Of a stretch of 64,000 bases of DNA, positions 1 through 12,244 are shown piece after piece. The stretch comes from Raja brachyura. Taxonomy: Eukaryota. The stretch covers positions 5,642,001-5,706,000 of the forward strand of contig OY740804.1 in assembly GCA_963514005.1 (NCBI GenBank). The letters are read 5' to 3'. Under the pieces are notes generated by a model. That model had not been told where the DNA came from. It was given only the letters and a program-made list of their open reading frames with translations, and ran no database searches. The position numbers were made by a program, and so were the translations under genes. How positions within the stretch are numbered: position 1 is the first letter of the stretch; every line of letters starts with the position of its first letter.

Positions 1-805
1 CTTATTTTGATGGGTGGCACAGTGGTGCAACTAGCTGAGGTACAGGCTTACAGAAGAGAGTGACCAGGGTTCGATCTGACCTCTGGTCCTGCCTGTGTGG
101 CGTTTGCACGTTCTCTGTAAGACAGCGTTGGTTTTCACCGGGTCTTCCGGTTTCCAGCTACATCCAAAAGACTTGCAAGTTTGTAAACTAATTGCCCTCT
201 GTAAATTGCCCTGTGTGGTAAGCAAAGTGTGTAGACACTTGTGTTTGAACGTGTGATAGATGGTCGGCGCGGATTGATTGGGTGGAAAGACTTGCTTCCA
301 TGCTACATCTCTGAACAAATCATCAAATAATATAACATAATGCAATCATGTAGATTAGAGCCACAGGTGAAGCAGGCAATCACTTCAATTACCCTCAATT
401 CCTTAGACATTACCAATCCTGATGACATCCTGGTGATTAATCCTGATGATTAATCCTGCCTCGTTCATCTTCTGTCGGTCAATTAAAGTTGGATTCCTTT
501 TTGTTCGTTGAATGCAACGAAGAGGACTTTAACCTCATAGAGTGATACAGTGTGGAAACAGGCCCTTTGGCCCAACTTGCTCACACCATCCAACATATCC
601 CAGCTACACTTGTCCCACCTGCCTGCGTTTGGCCCATATCACTCGAAACCTGTTCTCGCAATGTATCTGTCCAATGGTTTCTTAAACGTTGGGATAGTCC
701 CTGCCTCAACTACCTCCTCTGGCAACTCATTCAATACTGAGGGAAAATGTTACCCGTCAGATTCCTTTTAAACCTTTTCCCCCATCACATTAAACCTATT
801 CAAAT
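1..805 (+). repeat. Segmental duplication unit, paralogous to ~11145-12055 (upstream region of a receptor promoter)
   Basis: Collinear similarity including the shared SINE and downstream block (gtagattagagccacaggtgaag...ccttagacattaccaatcctgatgaca...taaaccta(t/c)tcaaat); copy 2 has an extra segment at ~11474-11610. Confidence 0.9.
11..312 (+). mobile_element. V-SINE (HE1-like) copy
   Basis: tRNA-like head (ggtggcacagtgg...ggttcgat) plus V-domain core gtgtggcgtttgcacgttctc...ccggtttcc; near-identical paralog at ~11157-11443. Confidence 0.8.
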
Positions 806-885
806 ATTTGTTAACAAAAAAAAACTATGTTCATTTTCTGGAAAAGTTATAAAATAGTAAATACTGATGCCTAACAGTTACTCAC

Positions 886-922
886 CGGGCAGGGAACTAA
901 TGAGAAGAATTAGAATCCATAT
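886..922 (-). pseudogene. Inverted, start-lost leader exon of the CD300/MDIR-like family, (I)WILILLISSLP
   Basis: Reverse complement reads aaaacc ATA TGG ATT CTA ATT CTT CTC ATT AGT TCC CTG CCC G|gtgagt; 37 nt like the other four leaders; ATG mutated to ATA. Confidence 0.85.
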
Positions 923-2280
923 GGTTTTATCAACAGCGACCAGGCCAAAGCTTGTTGTTCAGCTTTTTGTCCTCAGAGCTAAATTATTTCCCAACACAAC
1001 AGATATTAGTGCAATATGGAAGAATGCAACAGGAAACGTGACAGTGGCTGCTGAAATATCACACATTAAATTTGAAATTTGAATATCCTAGGTGTCTGCT
1101 CCAGGTAAGTAGTGGAATATTGCGTTGCGGGAGTACCAGTTTCTCCAGGCCGGGCGGGGGGGGGGGGGGCTGCGGTGTCTGCGACGCGGAGTCGGAGCCT
1201 CGCTGCATGGGAGGGAGAGTGGGGGTGAGGGGGAGAGAGAGAGAGGGGATGGGAGAGGGAGGGGGAAAGAGGAGGGGGTAGAGGGAAAGGGGGATTATCT
1301 TTAGTGAGATTGCAAAATCAAGGTAGGTTTTAGAGCAATTATATTTTCTCCTCCATATGAATAATATCAAACAATTGGAACTGCTTTCTTTTCCTTGATA
1401 CCAATACTGAAAAATATGAATTCCATAGTTTGCAACTTTCATTTTGCATCATATTTTTAATGTGCACACACGAACGCAGTCGAACAGTAACAGGCAATCA
1501 AATCCACACAAAACAGTTTCTAAAAAAAGGTTTTATTTACAGCAAAAACTTACAGTATATTATTTGCATTCTCCTTTATCACGTTTTACATAACATGTTA
1601 CAGTTCAACTTGGTTATAAAAACAAGATTATTAAATCAATTCCTGATTTTAAAACATGTGTACAACAATGACCCCAATCATCCCATTTCAACCACTCATT
1701 ACTCTTGATTCAACCAAAATTATTTCTGAAAAATTGGTCATAAATTTGGTGCAAAAATGCTCCAAAATAAGGCTCAGTACGCACCGGAGAACATCTAAAA
1801 CTCAAGAGCTTCCAGGGCCCTAAAGCAGGCCCTGGTCCCCGGCCGCAAGGGTCATTCAGCTTCACACTTGTGATATGCACTGTGTTCACTTATTTCACAC
1901 AATTTTGTTGTAATGATGCCACGCCACCGCCCTTTTTCAAAAGCTTTGTACGGGCCTGGTGTATAATATGTTTGATACTGTCATAGGCCTTTCTTACATA
2001 TGCTGTCACAACGCACTGTAGTCTCTAAAAAACACTTCAGTAATTTTCCTTGCCCTTCATTTCAGAATGCTGAGAATGCCACTATGCTGATAACTCAACA
2101 CACGCACTGACACTAGCAGCTTTCCAGCCCTTATCTCATTGGCAACACTCGGCTGCACATCGGTGTCAATCTGGTGGACTTATCCATCTTCCTCTCGTCG
2201 TTGGGGTGGGGGATTGGGAGGGGCCTCACAAGTGGAATAGCCGAGGGCCTCTCTTCATCTAAATCCGGCCCTCCTCAGTA

Positions 2281-5200
2281 CATAGAAACAGAGAAACATA
2301 GAACATAAGTGCAGGAGTAGGCCATTCGGCCCTTCGAGGCTGCACCGCCATTCAATATGATCATAGCTGATCATCCAACTTAGTATCCCTTACCTGCCTT
2401 CTCTCCATACCGCCTGATCCCTTTAGCCACAAGGGCCACATTTAACTCCCTCTTAAATATAGCCAATGAACTGGCCTCAATTACCTTCTGTGGCAGAGAA
2501 ATTCCACAGATTCACCACTCTCTGTGTGAAAAATGTTTTTCTCATCTCGGTCCTAAAATATTTCGCCCTTATCCTTAAACTGTGACCCCTTGTACCAGAC
2601 TTCCCCCAACCTCGGGAACATTCTTCCTGCATCTAGCCTGTCCAACCCCTTAAGAATGTTGTAAGTTTCTATAAGATCCCCCCTCAATCTTCTAAATTCT
2701 AGCGAGTACAAGCTGAGTCTATCCAGTCTTTCTTCATGTGAAAGTCCTGACATCTTTATGCAATACGCCAGGTGTGGTCTCAACAAGACCCTGTACAACT
2801 GCAGTAGAACCTCCATGCTCCTATATTCAAATCCTTTTGCTATGAATGCTAACATACCATTCATTTTCTTCACTGCCTGCTGCACCTGCATGCCTACTTT
2901 CAATGACTGGTGTACCATGACACCCAGGTCTCGTTGCATCTCCCCTTTTCCTAATCGGCCACCATTCAAATAATAGTCTACATTCCTGTTTTTGCCACCA
3001 AAGTGGATAACCTCACATTTATCCACATTATACTGCATCTGCCATGCATTTGCCCACTCACGCAACCTATCCAAGTCACCTTGCAGCCTCCTAGCATCCT
3101 CGTCACAGCTAACACTGCCTCCCAGCTTCATCCGCAAACTTCGAGATGTTGCATTCAATTCCCTCATCCAAATCATTAATGTATATTGTAAATAGCTGAA
3201 GCATCAGCACTGAGCCTTGCGGCACCCCACTAGTCAATGCCTGCCATCCTGCAAAGGACCCGTTCAATCTTACTCTTTGCTTCCTGTCTGCCAGCCAGTT
3301 CACAATCCACATCAATACTGAACCACCAATGCCGTGTGCTTTAAGTTTGTATACTAATCTCTTGTGTGGGACCTTGTCAAAAGCCTTCTGAAAATCCAGA
3401 TATAACACATCCACTGGTTCTCCCTTATCCACTCTACTAGTTACATCCTCAAAAAATTCTATAAGATTCGTCAGACATGATTTACCTTTCATAAATCCAT
3501 GCTGACTTTGTCCAATGATTTCACCACTTTCCAAATGTGCTGCTATCCCATCTTTAATAACTGACTCTAGCACTTCCCCCACTACTGATGTTAGACTAAC
3601 TGGTCTGTAATTACCTGTTTTCTCTCTCCCTCCCTTTTTAAAAAGTGGGGTTACATAAGCCACCCTCAAATCCTCAGGAACTACTCCAGAATCTAAAGAG
3701 TTTTGAAAAATTATCACTAAGGCATTCACTATTTCTGGGGCTACTTCCTTAAGTACTCTTGGATGCAGCCTATCTGGCCCTGGGGATGTATCAGCCTTTA
3801 ATCCATTCAATTTACCTAACACCAGTTCCCGGCTAACCTGGATTTCACTCAGTTCCTCCATCTCATTTAACCCACGATCTCCGTCTATTTCCGGCAGATT
3901 ATTTATGTCTTCCTTAGTGAAGACAGAACCAAAGTAGTTATTCAATTGGTCTGCCATGTCCTTGTTCCCCATGATTAATTCACCTGTTTCTGACTGCAAG
4001 GGGCCTACATTTGTTTCAACTAATCTTTTTCTCTTCACATATCGATAAAAACGTTTGCAGTCAGTTTTTATGTTCCCTGCCAGTTTTCTTTCATAATTCT
4101 TTCATAATCCCTTTCCTAATTAAGCCCTATGTCCTCCTCTGTTGGACTCTGAATTTCTCCCAGTCCTCTGGTAGGCTGCTTTCTCTGGCTAATTTGTATG
4201 CTTCATCTTTTGTTTTGATACTATCCCTGATTTCCCTTGTTATCCACGGATGCACTTCCTTCCCTGATTTATTATTTTGCCATACTGGGATGAACAATTG
4301 TTGTCATTCATCCATGCAGCCTTTAAATGTCTTCCATTGCATATCCACTGTCAACCCTTTAAGAATCAATTGCCAGTCTATCTTGGCCAATTCACGTCTC
4401 ATACCCTCAAAGTTACCTTTCTTTAAGTTCAGAACCCTTGTTTCTGAGTTAACACTCTCCATCCTAATGAAGAACTCAACCATATTATGGTCACTCTTGC
4501 CCAAGGGGCCATTCACAACAAGACTGCTAACTAACCCTTCCTCATTACTCAATACCCAGTCTAGAATAGCCTGCTCTCTTGTTGGTTCCTCTACATGTTG
4601 GTTTAGAAAACTATCCCCCATACATACCAAGAAATCCTCTTCCTCAGCACCCCTGCCAATTTGATTCACCCAATCTTTATGTAGATTGAAGTCACCCATT
4701 ATAGCTGTTTTACCTTTGTTGCACGCATTTCTAGTTTCCTGTTTGGTGCCATCCCCAACTCCACTACTACTGTTAGGTGGCCTGTACACAACTCCCACTA
4801 GCGTTTTCTGCCCCTTCGTGTTTCGCAGCTCTACCCATATCGATTCCACATCCTCCAAGCTAATGTCCTTCCTTTCTATTGTGTTAATCTCCTCTCTAAC
4901 CAGCAACGCTACCCCACCCCCTTTTCCTTTCTGTCTATCCCTCCTGAATATTGAATATCCCTGGGTGTTCAACTCCGAGACTTGGTCACCCTGGAGCCGT
5001 GACCTCAACTATATCATAGTCATTAATAGCTATCTGCACATTCAACTCATCCACCTTATTACGAATGCTCCTTGTATTGAGACACAGAGCCTTCAGGCTT
5101 GTTTTTACAACGCTCTTACCCCTTATATAATTATGTTGAAAAGTGGCCCTTTTTAATTTTTGCCCTGGATTTGTCTGCCTGCCACATTTACCTTTCACCT

Positions 5201-5447
5201 TGCTACCTATTGCTTCTACCCTCATTTTACACCCCTCTGTCTCACTGCTCACACATTTAAGAAACCCACCACCTCTTATTCTCTGTTTATTTTTATTTTT
5301 TTCTTTCCCCCCTACGTGTTGCGTCTGAGTGCTCCCCTTCCCTGTCTCCTGCCTCACACACTGTCTACTTGCTTTTTCTATTTGAGTCATTCCCCCCGAC
5401 CGATCTAGTTTAAAGTCTCCCCAGTAGCCTTTGCAAATCTCCCCTTT
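2281..5447 (-). mobile_element. CR1 LINE, near-complete frameshifted ORF2 (APE + RT) plus the end of ORF1
   Basis: ORF fragments with VYRPP, GDFN, SDH (APE) and YLDFQKAFD, GVPQGSVL, KFADE (RT); ORF1 C-terminus GRFAKATGETLN* near 5405-5445; (tttctatg)-type 3' tail at 2281-2305. Confidence 0.95.
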
Positions 5448-6274
5448 CAAATATGTGCAATATGAATGGGGAAGAAGGAATCAGGAAGCTGGTTTGGGAA
5501 ACAGCAGTACGCCAGAAATTAAAATATCACACGTCGGCACTTCTCAATTAAATTGTACAAATTCATCTCTTTTTGCATTTCCATTGCATGTCGGAAATAA
5601 TTCAATTTGCTTTGGTTTAGATATGCAGCCGGAAACAGGGCCTTCGGCGACCAGCAATCCCCCGGGCTTGCTTCAGGTGTGATAATTAGTGCGTCTCGTA
5701 ACAAGGTTAGGGCATGTTCTGCCATGCCTGGAAATATCCGACATATTTGTGGCTACCCAACTACAACAAGAGTAGGCAGTTTTGTTTCGAGGCTTCCACG
5801 CTGATACAGTCAGCTGCTAGTGACATGTAAACCAATACAAGTCTTCTCCCATTGTAATAAGTCTTGCCCATGACAACAGGCTCCGCCAGCTCTCCAGGTG
5901 TGTACATACATGGAGAAAGTCTCTCCACCAAACATGCTGCGTGCATGTTTCACATGCAACCAGTGTCGGGGATGGTGGTCCCGTACAAGAAGCAGCTCAT
6001 GGGCCGAACCGTCTGAGGCCTTCAATCCCACATTGATATTAATAAAAGGAAGCGCAAAGAAAATAAATTGCTGGACGAACAGAGAAGGCCAGAAAGCAGC
6101 AGTGAAGAGAAATGGACAGATGACTTTTCGGTTTGGAGTCCTTCCAGAAGAGGAAGGGTTACGACCCGAGATGTGTTCCATCTATTTCACTCATAGATGT
6201 TACCTGACCCGCGTAGTTACTCTTTTTTTCCCCTCAAGATTTTAACATATTTGGCCCCTTGTGTCTCTCGGGAC

Positions 6275-6695
6275 CGCAAGACATGGGGCCATAAATAGGG
6301 CATTCCGTCCATCGAGTCTGCTCCGCCATTCGATCATGGATGATCTATTTTTCCCGTCCCAACCCCATTTTGCTGCTTTCTCCCCATAGCCCCTGATACT
6401 CGTACTAATCAAGAATTTATCAATATCCGCCTTAACAATACCCAATGACTTGGCCCCCAACGCTGTCTGTGACATTGAATTCCTCAGGTTCACTACGCTC
6501 TAGATAAATAAATTCCTCTTCATCTCCATTCTAAAAAGAGTTTCTTTATTCTGAGGCTGTGTCCCCTGGTCCTAGACTCTCCCACTAGTGGAAACATCCT
6601 CTCCACATCTACTCTATCCAGGCCTTTCACTATTCGTTAATTTTCAATAAGGTCAATTGTTCAAATCTCCAGCAAGTGCAGGTCCAGTGCTGACA
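6275..6695 (-). mobile_element. CR1 3' fragment
   Basis: Matches the CR1 3' end seen elsewhere in the window (ctctggtcctagactctcccactagtggaaacatcc; ccattcgatcatgg). Confidence 0.75.
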
Positions 6696-7328
6696 ATATG
6701 TTATACTCCCCACATCCATTCTGTCTAGGCCTCGACACTCGCGTCTGTCCGCTGGTTAGGGGGACACGTCCATTCATACCATGCACAGCCTGGGCAAGTC
6801 GGGTTTCCCAAGGTCAGGCTGATCTACAGATTGTGAGGAGATGCCGCACCATCCCAGACCAAGCGGGACGCCCCACCACGGGTGGAAATTCAACACAGTG
6901 GAAGAGACGGGTAAAAAAACCTGGCTGTTTGCAGACCACAGACTTTAACTGACTCTGTGTTTCGACACTTCCTCAATTGTCAACAACAAATTTATCTTTG
7001 ACCGTGGACATAATTTGATGCGACTGTATGGCATTATGATTATGTTTAAGAAGGAGCTGCAGATGCTGGAAAAATCGAAAGTAGACAAAAAATGCAGAAG
7101 ATTATTATTATGATCATTTACATTTCGGGTGCTGGGGGCAATTTTCCAACACAATTTACATGAAGATAGTTGGGTTTCATTTGAGTGCAGTTTACTGAGG
7201 TATAGTCAGCAGAAAGACAATGCATGATTACAATCGAGCCATCCACAGTGTACAGGTACATGACTAAGGAAATTACGTGAATAACGTTTAGATACAGCCG
7301 GTGACGTCCACTCAAAGATAGTGAGAAG

Positions 7329-8600
7329 CAGGCACGTGCCGTGAGTAATTACTCAGGGTAGGCACTCAGTCCGCTTTAAAAAAAATTAAACCACGCATGC
7401 GCAGATTGTTCGCTCCATTAAATAAATAAATAAATAAAAACAGTGACATTTTAATTTGCCCTTCCTAGGCTTCCTAGTCCTAGACCAATTGGGGGAACAG
7501 TTCCTTTCGCAGCGTGTGTAGAGTCTGTGCCAGGGGTAAAGTTGTGGGGAGGGCACGAGTGTTGAGAAGAAGGGGGTCGGGGATAATGCCAGTAACTCAC
7601 TCACTCACCGCTACCACAGCCCTCTGGGCGTGAAGCCACGCACTGTAGCTGGGGATAGAAGCAGCTCGGGGAGCTACGAGTGGCCACCGGGACCCGACAG
7701 CAGAACTGGCTGCCACTTCAGCGCCTTCTGCCGGCCCGCTCACCTTTGGCAGCGCTCTCCGTCGGAACACCTGTCACCTGCCGCTCGCCGACTTCGCTCA
7801 TGTCAGCGGCTTCCTGCAAATCCTTAAATTCCCACAGCCGAGTAACCTCAATCGCGCTGTCGGAATTCAAGGACATGAGTGAAGCCAGCGAGCGGCAGGA
7901 GAGAGGTTTTTAGACGAAGAGCTGCGAGAGGTGAGCGGGGACCGGCAGAAGGAGATAAGGTGGTGGCTGATTCCGCTGTCCGGCCCGGCGGCCGCTCAGC
8001 CACCCAAGCTGCTTCTCTCTTTCCCCCCCCCCCCCCCACCCCCCGGCCTCAGAGCGGTGGCATTACACGCCTCCGTGCAAGGAGCGTCGCAAGTGGATGC
8101 TCCCGACCCCTCCTTCACAACATTCGTGCCCTCCCCGCAACTTTACCCCGGGCCAGACTCCCCAAAGGCTGTGAAAGGAGAGCCCCACCCCCACACCCCA
8201 GGAAATATGGTATTTAAAAAAATAAACACAAAATGTACTTACCACATCATTGGTACACGACAAACCATAGTTGAAAACCCCACCAAGAAACTTGCGCTGC
8301 GCATACGCAGTAGACTGTTGCGCATACACAGTGCTGCAAAGGCAGGATTTCTGCTGCCTTCAGCCCCGCTTGAAAGTGACGGCTTCAGGCAGCGCTGACG
8401 GCATGTGGTCTGCACAGAGCTTCCCGTGTTACAAACGCTGCGGATGAAAGGCTCTGAGAATTATGCCTACCTAAGAGATCGGTCTCTTACATAGGCATAA
8501 TTCTCCCATGCCTTTATTATTTATATTTAGTTATTACTATGTTATAATTTTAGTCAGGGTAGGCAGTGCCTGCCTTGCCTACCCTGACGGCACATGCCTG
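7329..8600. mobile_element. Non-autonomous hAT-like DNA transposon, 1272 bp
   Basis: 14-bp TIR caggca(c/t)gtgccgt (13/14 match); 8-bp TSD gtgagaag (7321-7328) / gagagaag (8601-8608); subterminal tcagggtaggca repeats at both ends. Confidence 0.85.
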
Positions 8601-9159
8601 GAGAGAAGGTCTCCCATGCGATAGATAGTATTTCAGGACTGCTCACGAGTCGTGGTAAGATGGCTCGGTAATAGCTCGGAAAACGCTGTTCCTGAATCTG
8701 GAGGTGTGCATTATTCCAGTTCTTTACATTTTGCCCAACTGGAGAAGGACTATGACATTTCACCCATCTTATTCTCTCCAGAAATACTGCCTGACCCGCT
8801 AAGTTACTCCGGAAGTTCGTGTCTATCTACGGAATATACCAGCACTTGCAGTTCCTTTCTATGATCTTTGTACGACTTTACTTTTAAACTTTTTAGGATC
8901 ACTTGACTTGCGTGCATTTTAATCCCCCATTCCAGCAGACATCTTAACAGTATTTACTATTTTATAACTTTTCCAGAAAATGAACATAGTTTTTTTTTGT
9001 TAACAATACTTGCTATAATTTTAGCACTTAAAGTTCAGACTGATTCAGATGGCTTCCTGTGGTTTTCCACCCAGGCTTACTGCTGTCGACTTTCTCGTCT
9101 CAGCAGCACTCGTAAATTTAGATTTGAGTAACAACTGGGTGACTGATACAGATACACAC

Positions 9160-9310
9160 TGATACAGAGCGGAAACAGGCCCTTCGGCCCACCGAGTCTG
9201 TGGTATTAGGGAGAACGTACAAACTCCACACAGACGGTACCCGAGTTGAGTATCGAACCTGCGTCTCTGGCGCTGCACCACTACGGCTCTATCACCGCGC
9301 CACTGTGCTT
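9160..9310 (-). mobile_element. V-SINE (HE1-like), internally deleted
   Basis: gagaacgtacaaactccacacagac and atcgaacc motifs in reverse orientation. Confidence 0.7.
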
Positions 9311-10926
9311 CCTCAGTTAATCAAAATATATATATTTGAAATCAGATTTATACATGGCCATTATTCCTGATACCTTCCTTTAAATTGAACACAAAGTACT
9401 GGAGTAATTCAGTGGGTCAGGTCTAGAGGATAAATGCAGAGCAACATTTCGGGTCGGACCCGCTGAGTTACTCCATCCAGTACTTTGTGTGAACGCAAGA
9501 TTCTATCATCTACAGGGCCTTGTTTCTCCGTTAGTTTTATTTTGTTGTAAATTCCGGGTTTATTTCATAGCCAGAAGTTAAAATCTTCTTCTGTTGTGGT
9601 GGGATTTGAACCAATAATCAATTGTGGGATCACTGGCGCAGAACTCAATGCCAAACCGTTATTTCTAATGTATTTAAATTCATCATTTTTGATTAATTCT
9701 GGTATCCTCCATTTATGTTGAATCAGATTTGGAGAAGTATTCTGACGCCAAATGCCTGAGACGCTGAGTTCCTCAATTAACTTGTTTGCTGATGAACATT
9801 AAATAAACTGCACTGCACCAAGTCACAACTCAGTTATTTTCCATGACCTTGACTAATCGTAGCCTTTTGCCTGGCATAAAATGGTACATGATTTTATGAT
9901 TTATGATTTCCTTTCTTCAATTTAAAATAAGCAATTTCTACTTTATCAATTCCTATCCAACAACTTCCCTCTTTCATGTCTTTAGGTGTTCCTCTCGGTG
10001 CTCCTCTCGGTGTGCCTGCAACTTTCTGCAAGAAACACGCAGCGAGGTTGATTCACTGGAAAACAGCACCTGGAATAATGATGGAAAAGCGTATCTTTAG
10101 ACCCACCGAAGGGCGCAACGTGCACAGGTACAGTTATTTTCCTCTTCTAATTATTACCTGGAATGATGATCTATCAATACCACAAAAAAACAATTATAAG
10201 CACTATTCCTGATCCTCAATTGGACCCTTTACCTCTCTTGGAGTGTATGTTGCATTTGTCTTATCTGATTGTTCGATATCATTGATATAAATGCAATGTA
10301 CATGCCTAGAGGTGAAACATTTGGACAATCATATTAATTCCACAGATTAACTACCCTCTGACTAGAGAAGTTCCTCCTCACCTCCGTTCTAAAAGAGCAC
10401 CCTTTAATTCTGAGGCTATGACCTCAGATCCTAGACTCTCCCACCAATGGAAACATCTTTTCCACATCCACTCAATCTAAGCTCTTCATTATTCCGTAAG
10501 CTTCAATGAGTTCCCCCCTCAACCGTCTAAACTCTAATGAGCACGGGCCCAGTGCTGTTAAATGCTGACAATAGAGAATGCGTAAAGATATAAGACTCCA
10601 TTTAACCAAGAGATTGCCAACATGATGCTCACTGACAAGATTTAACTAATACTCAAGATTTGTCTCCCAGCTCTTACTTCTAAAGCCTAACAAGCCCTCT
10701 GTATAGATTCATAGAATAGGAAGAAGGCAGCAGGAAGTTTGATCATGAGACTAGGCCGAGCCTGCACAAAACATCTGGCCGGAAGAGTTTCAAATTTCTG
10801 TTTCCTCAAAAAAATGTATGTGTGTCTGATAGGAAATACATAAATACAGTAAAGAAATGTCAATGCAGTCAATAAATAGAGGAATATATTTGACAGTCTA
10901 CTCCAAAATAAAATTACAACTTAAAA

Positions 10927-11116
10927 CCTTGACAGAAATGGATAACAACAATCCAAGTGAGGGGCTTATAGTTAATGGTGAAATGAGGAACAACATGTTC
11001 TCAGTTACTCAGAACAGAAATGTGGAAATAGACAGAAGGAAGGTAGATTGTGAAACCACCGTGAGATCGTTGTTAGAGACTGACCCTCAGAGTTTGAATT
11101 TCACAATGTGTATTTG
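10927..11116. promoter_or_regulatory. Conserved element upstream of a receptor leader exon (candidate enhancer), paralog of 51017-51212
   Basis: Aligns to 51017-51212 (ggtga(a/g)atgaggaacaa(c/a)atgttctcagttact...aggaag...agattgtgaaa(c/t)caccgtga); PU.1/ETS-like ATGAGGAAC and AGGAAG motifs. Confidence 0.5.
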
Positions 11117-11156
11117 ACAATTAAAAAAAAAAAAAGATGTTTTTCATATTTTGATG

Positions 11157-11443
11157 GGTGGCACAGTGGTATAACTAGCAGAGCTTACAGAGGAGAGAGA
11201 TCCGGGTTCGAGCTGAGCTTGGGTTCTGTCTGCTGGAGTTTGCACGTTCTCTCTGTGACCGCGTTGGTTTTCCCTGGGTCTTCAGGTTTCTTGCTACATC
11301 GAAAAGACTTGCGAGTTTGTAAACTAATTGCCCTCTGTAAATTGCCCTGAGTGTTAAGGAAGTGTGTCGACACTTGTGTTTGAACATGTGATAGATGGTC
11401 GGCGCGGACTGATTTGGCGTAAAAACTTGCTACATTTCTGAAC
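11157..11443 (+). mobile_element. V-SINE (HE1-like) copy
   Basis: Paralog of 11-312; V-domain core ggagtttgcacgttctc. Confidence 0.8.
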
Positions 11444-12084
11444 GAATCTTCCAATAATATAACATGATGCAATGCGTTAACGTGTTAACAGGTTTGAAGA
11501 ATAGCAACACAAGGGATTCCTGCGAATTGTGTGGTGAGCCGGGAAAGATTGTTCTTAACCCATCCAAAAATTTTGGGTATCAAAGGAAACTTGTCGCCAG
11601 CAGCACGAGGGATGTAGATTAGAGCCACAGGTGAAGTGGGCAATCACTTTCAATTACGCTCAATTCCTTAGACATTACCAATCCTGATGACACCTTAATC
11701 CTGCCTTGTTCATCTTCCTGTTGGTCAATTAAAGTTGGATTCCTTCTTGTTCGTTGAGTGCAACGGAGAGGAGTTTAGAGTCATAGAGTAATACAGTGTG
11801 GAAACAGACCCTTCAGCCCATTTGCTCATACCGGCCCAGCTACATTAGTCCCACCTGCCCGCGTTTGGCCCAAATCCCTCCAAACCTGTTCTTGCAATGT
11901 ACCTGTCCAACGGTTTCTTAAACGTTGGGATAGACCCTGCCTCAACTATCTAATCTGGCAGCTCGTTCCCCATACACTCACTATCTTTTCTATGAAAATG
12001 TTATGCCTCAGATTCCTAGTAAACCTTTTCCCCTTCGCATTAAACCTACTCAAATTTAATGTGTGATATTTCATCGGCCACTGT

Positions 12085-12207
12085 CACATTTCCTGTTGCA
12101 TTCTTCCACATTTATATTGCATTAATATCTGTGGTCTTAAGAAATGATTTAGGTCTGTGGCCAAAAAGCTGAACAACAAGCTTTGGCCTAGTCGTTTGGA
12201 TAAAACC
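12085..12207 (+). promoter_or_regulatory. Conserved proximal promoter of the receptor family
   Basis: tttcctgttgcattcttccacatttat and gctgaacaacaag motifs shared with the regions upstream of leaders at 24538, 32873, 53179 and 922(-); ETS cores TTCC/GGAA. Confidence 0.6.
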
Positions 12208-12244
12208 ATGTGGATTCTGATACTTCTCATTAGCTATCTGCCCG
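12208..12244 (+). CDS. Orphan signal-peptide exon MWILILLISYLP (CD300/MDIR-like family)
   Basis: aaaaccATG context, 37 nt, phase-1 donor G|gtgagt, homologous to the other leaders; no V exon found before the next leader. Confidence 0.75.

Noticed and set aside
11-80. tRNA gene
   Set aside because: A/B-box-like head of a V-SINE, not a full cloverleaf.
1083-1958. Possible DNA transposon ending in tacgggcctg
   Set aside because: Only one putative terminus is visible; no matching left TIR or TSD found.
4011-5156. Long + strand ORFs (217 and 156 aa)
   Set aside because: Antisense shadows of CR1 ORF2.
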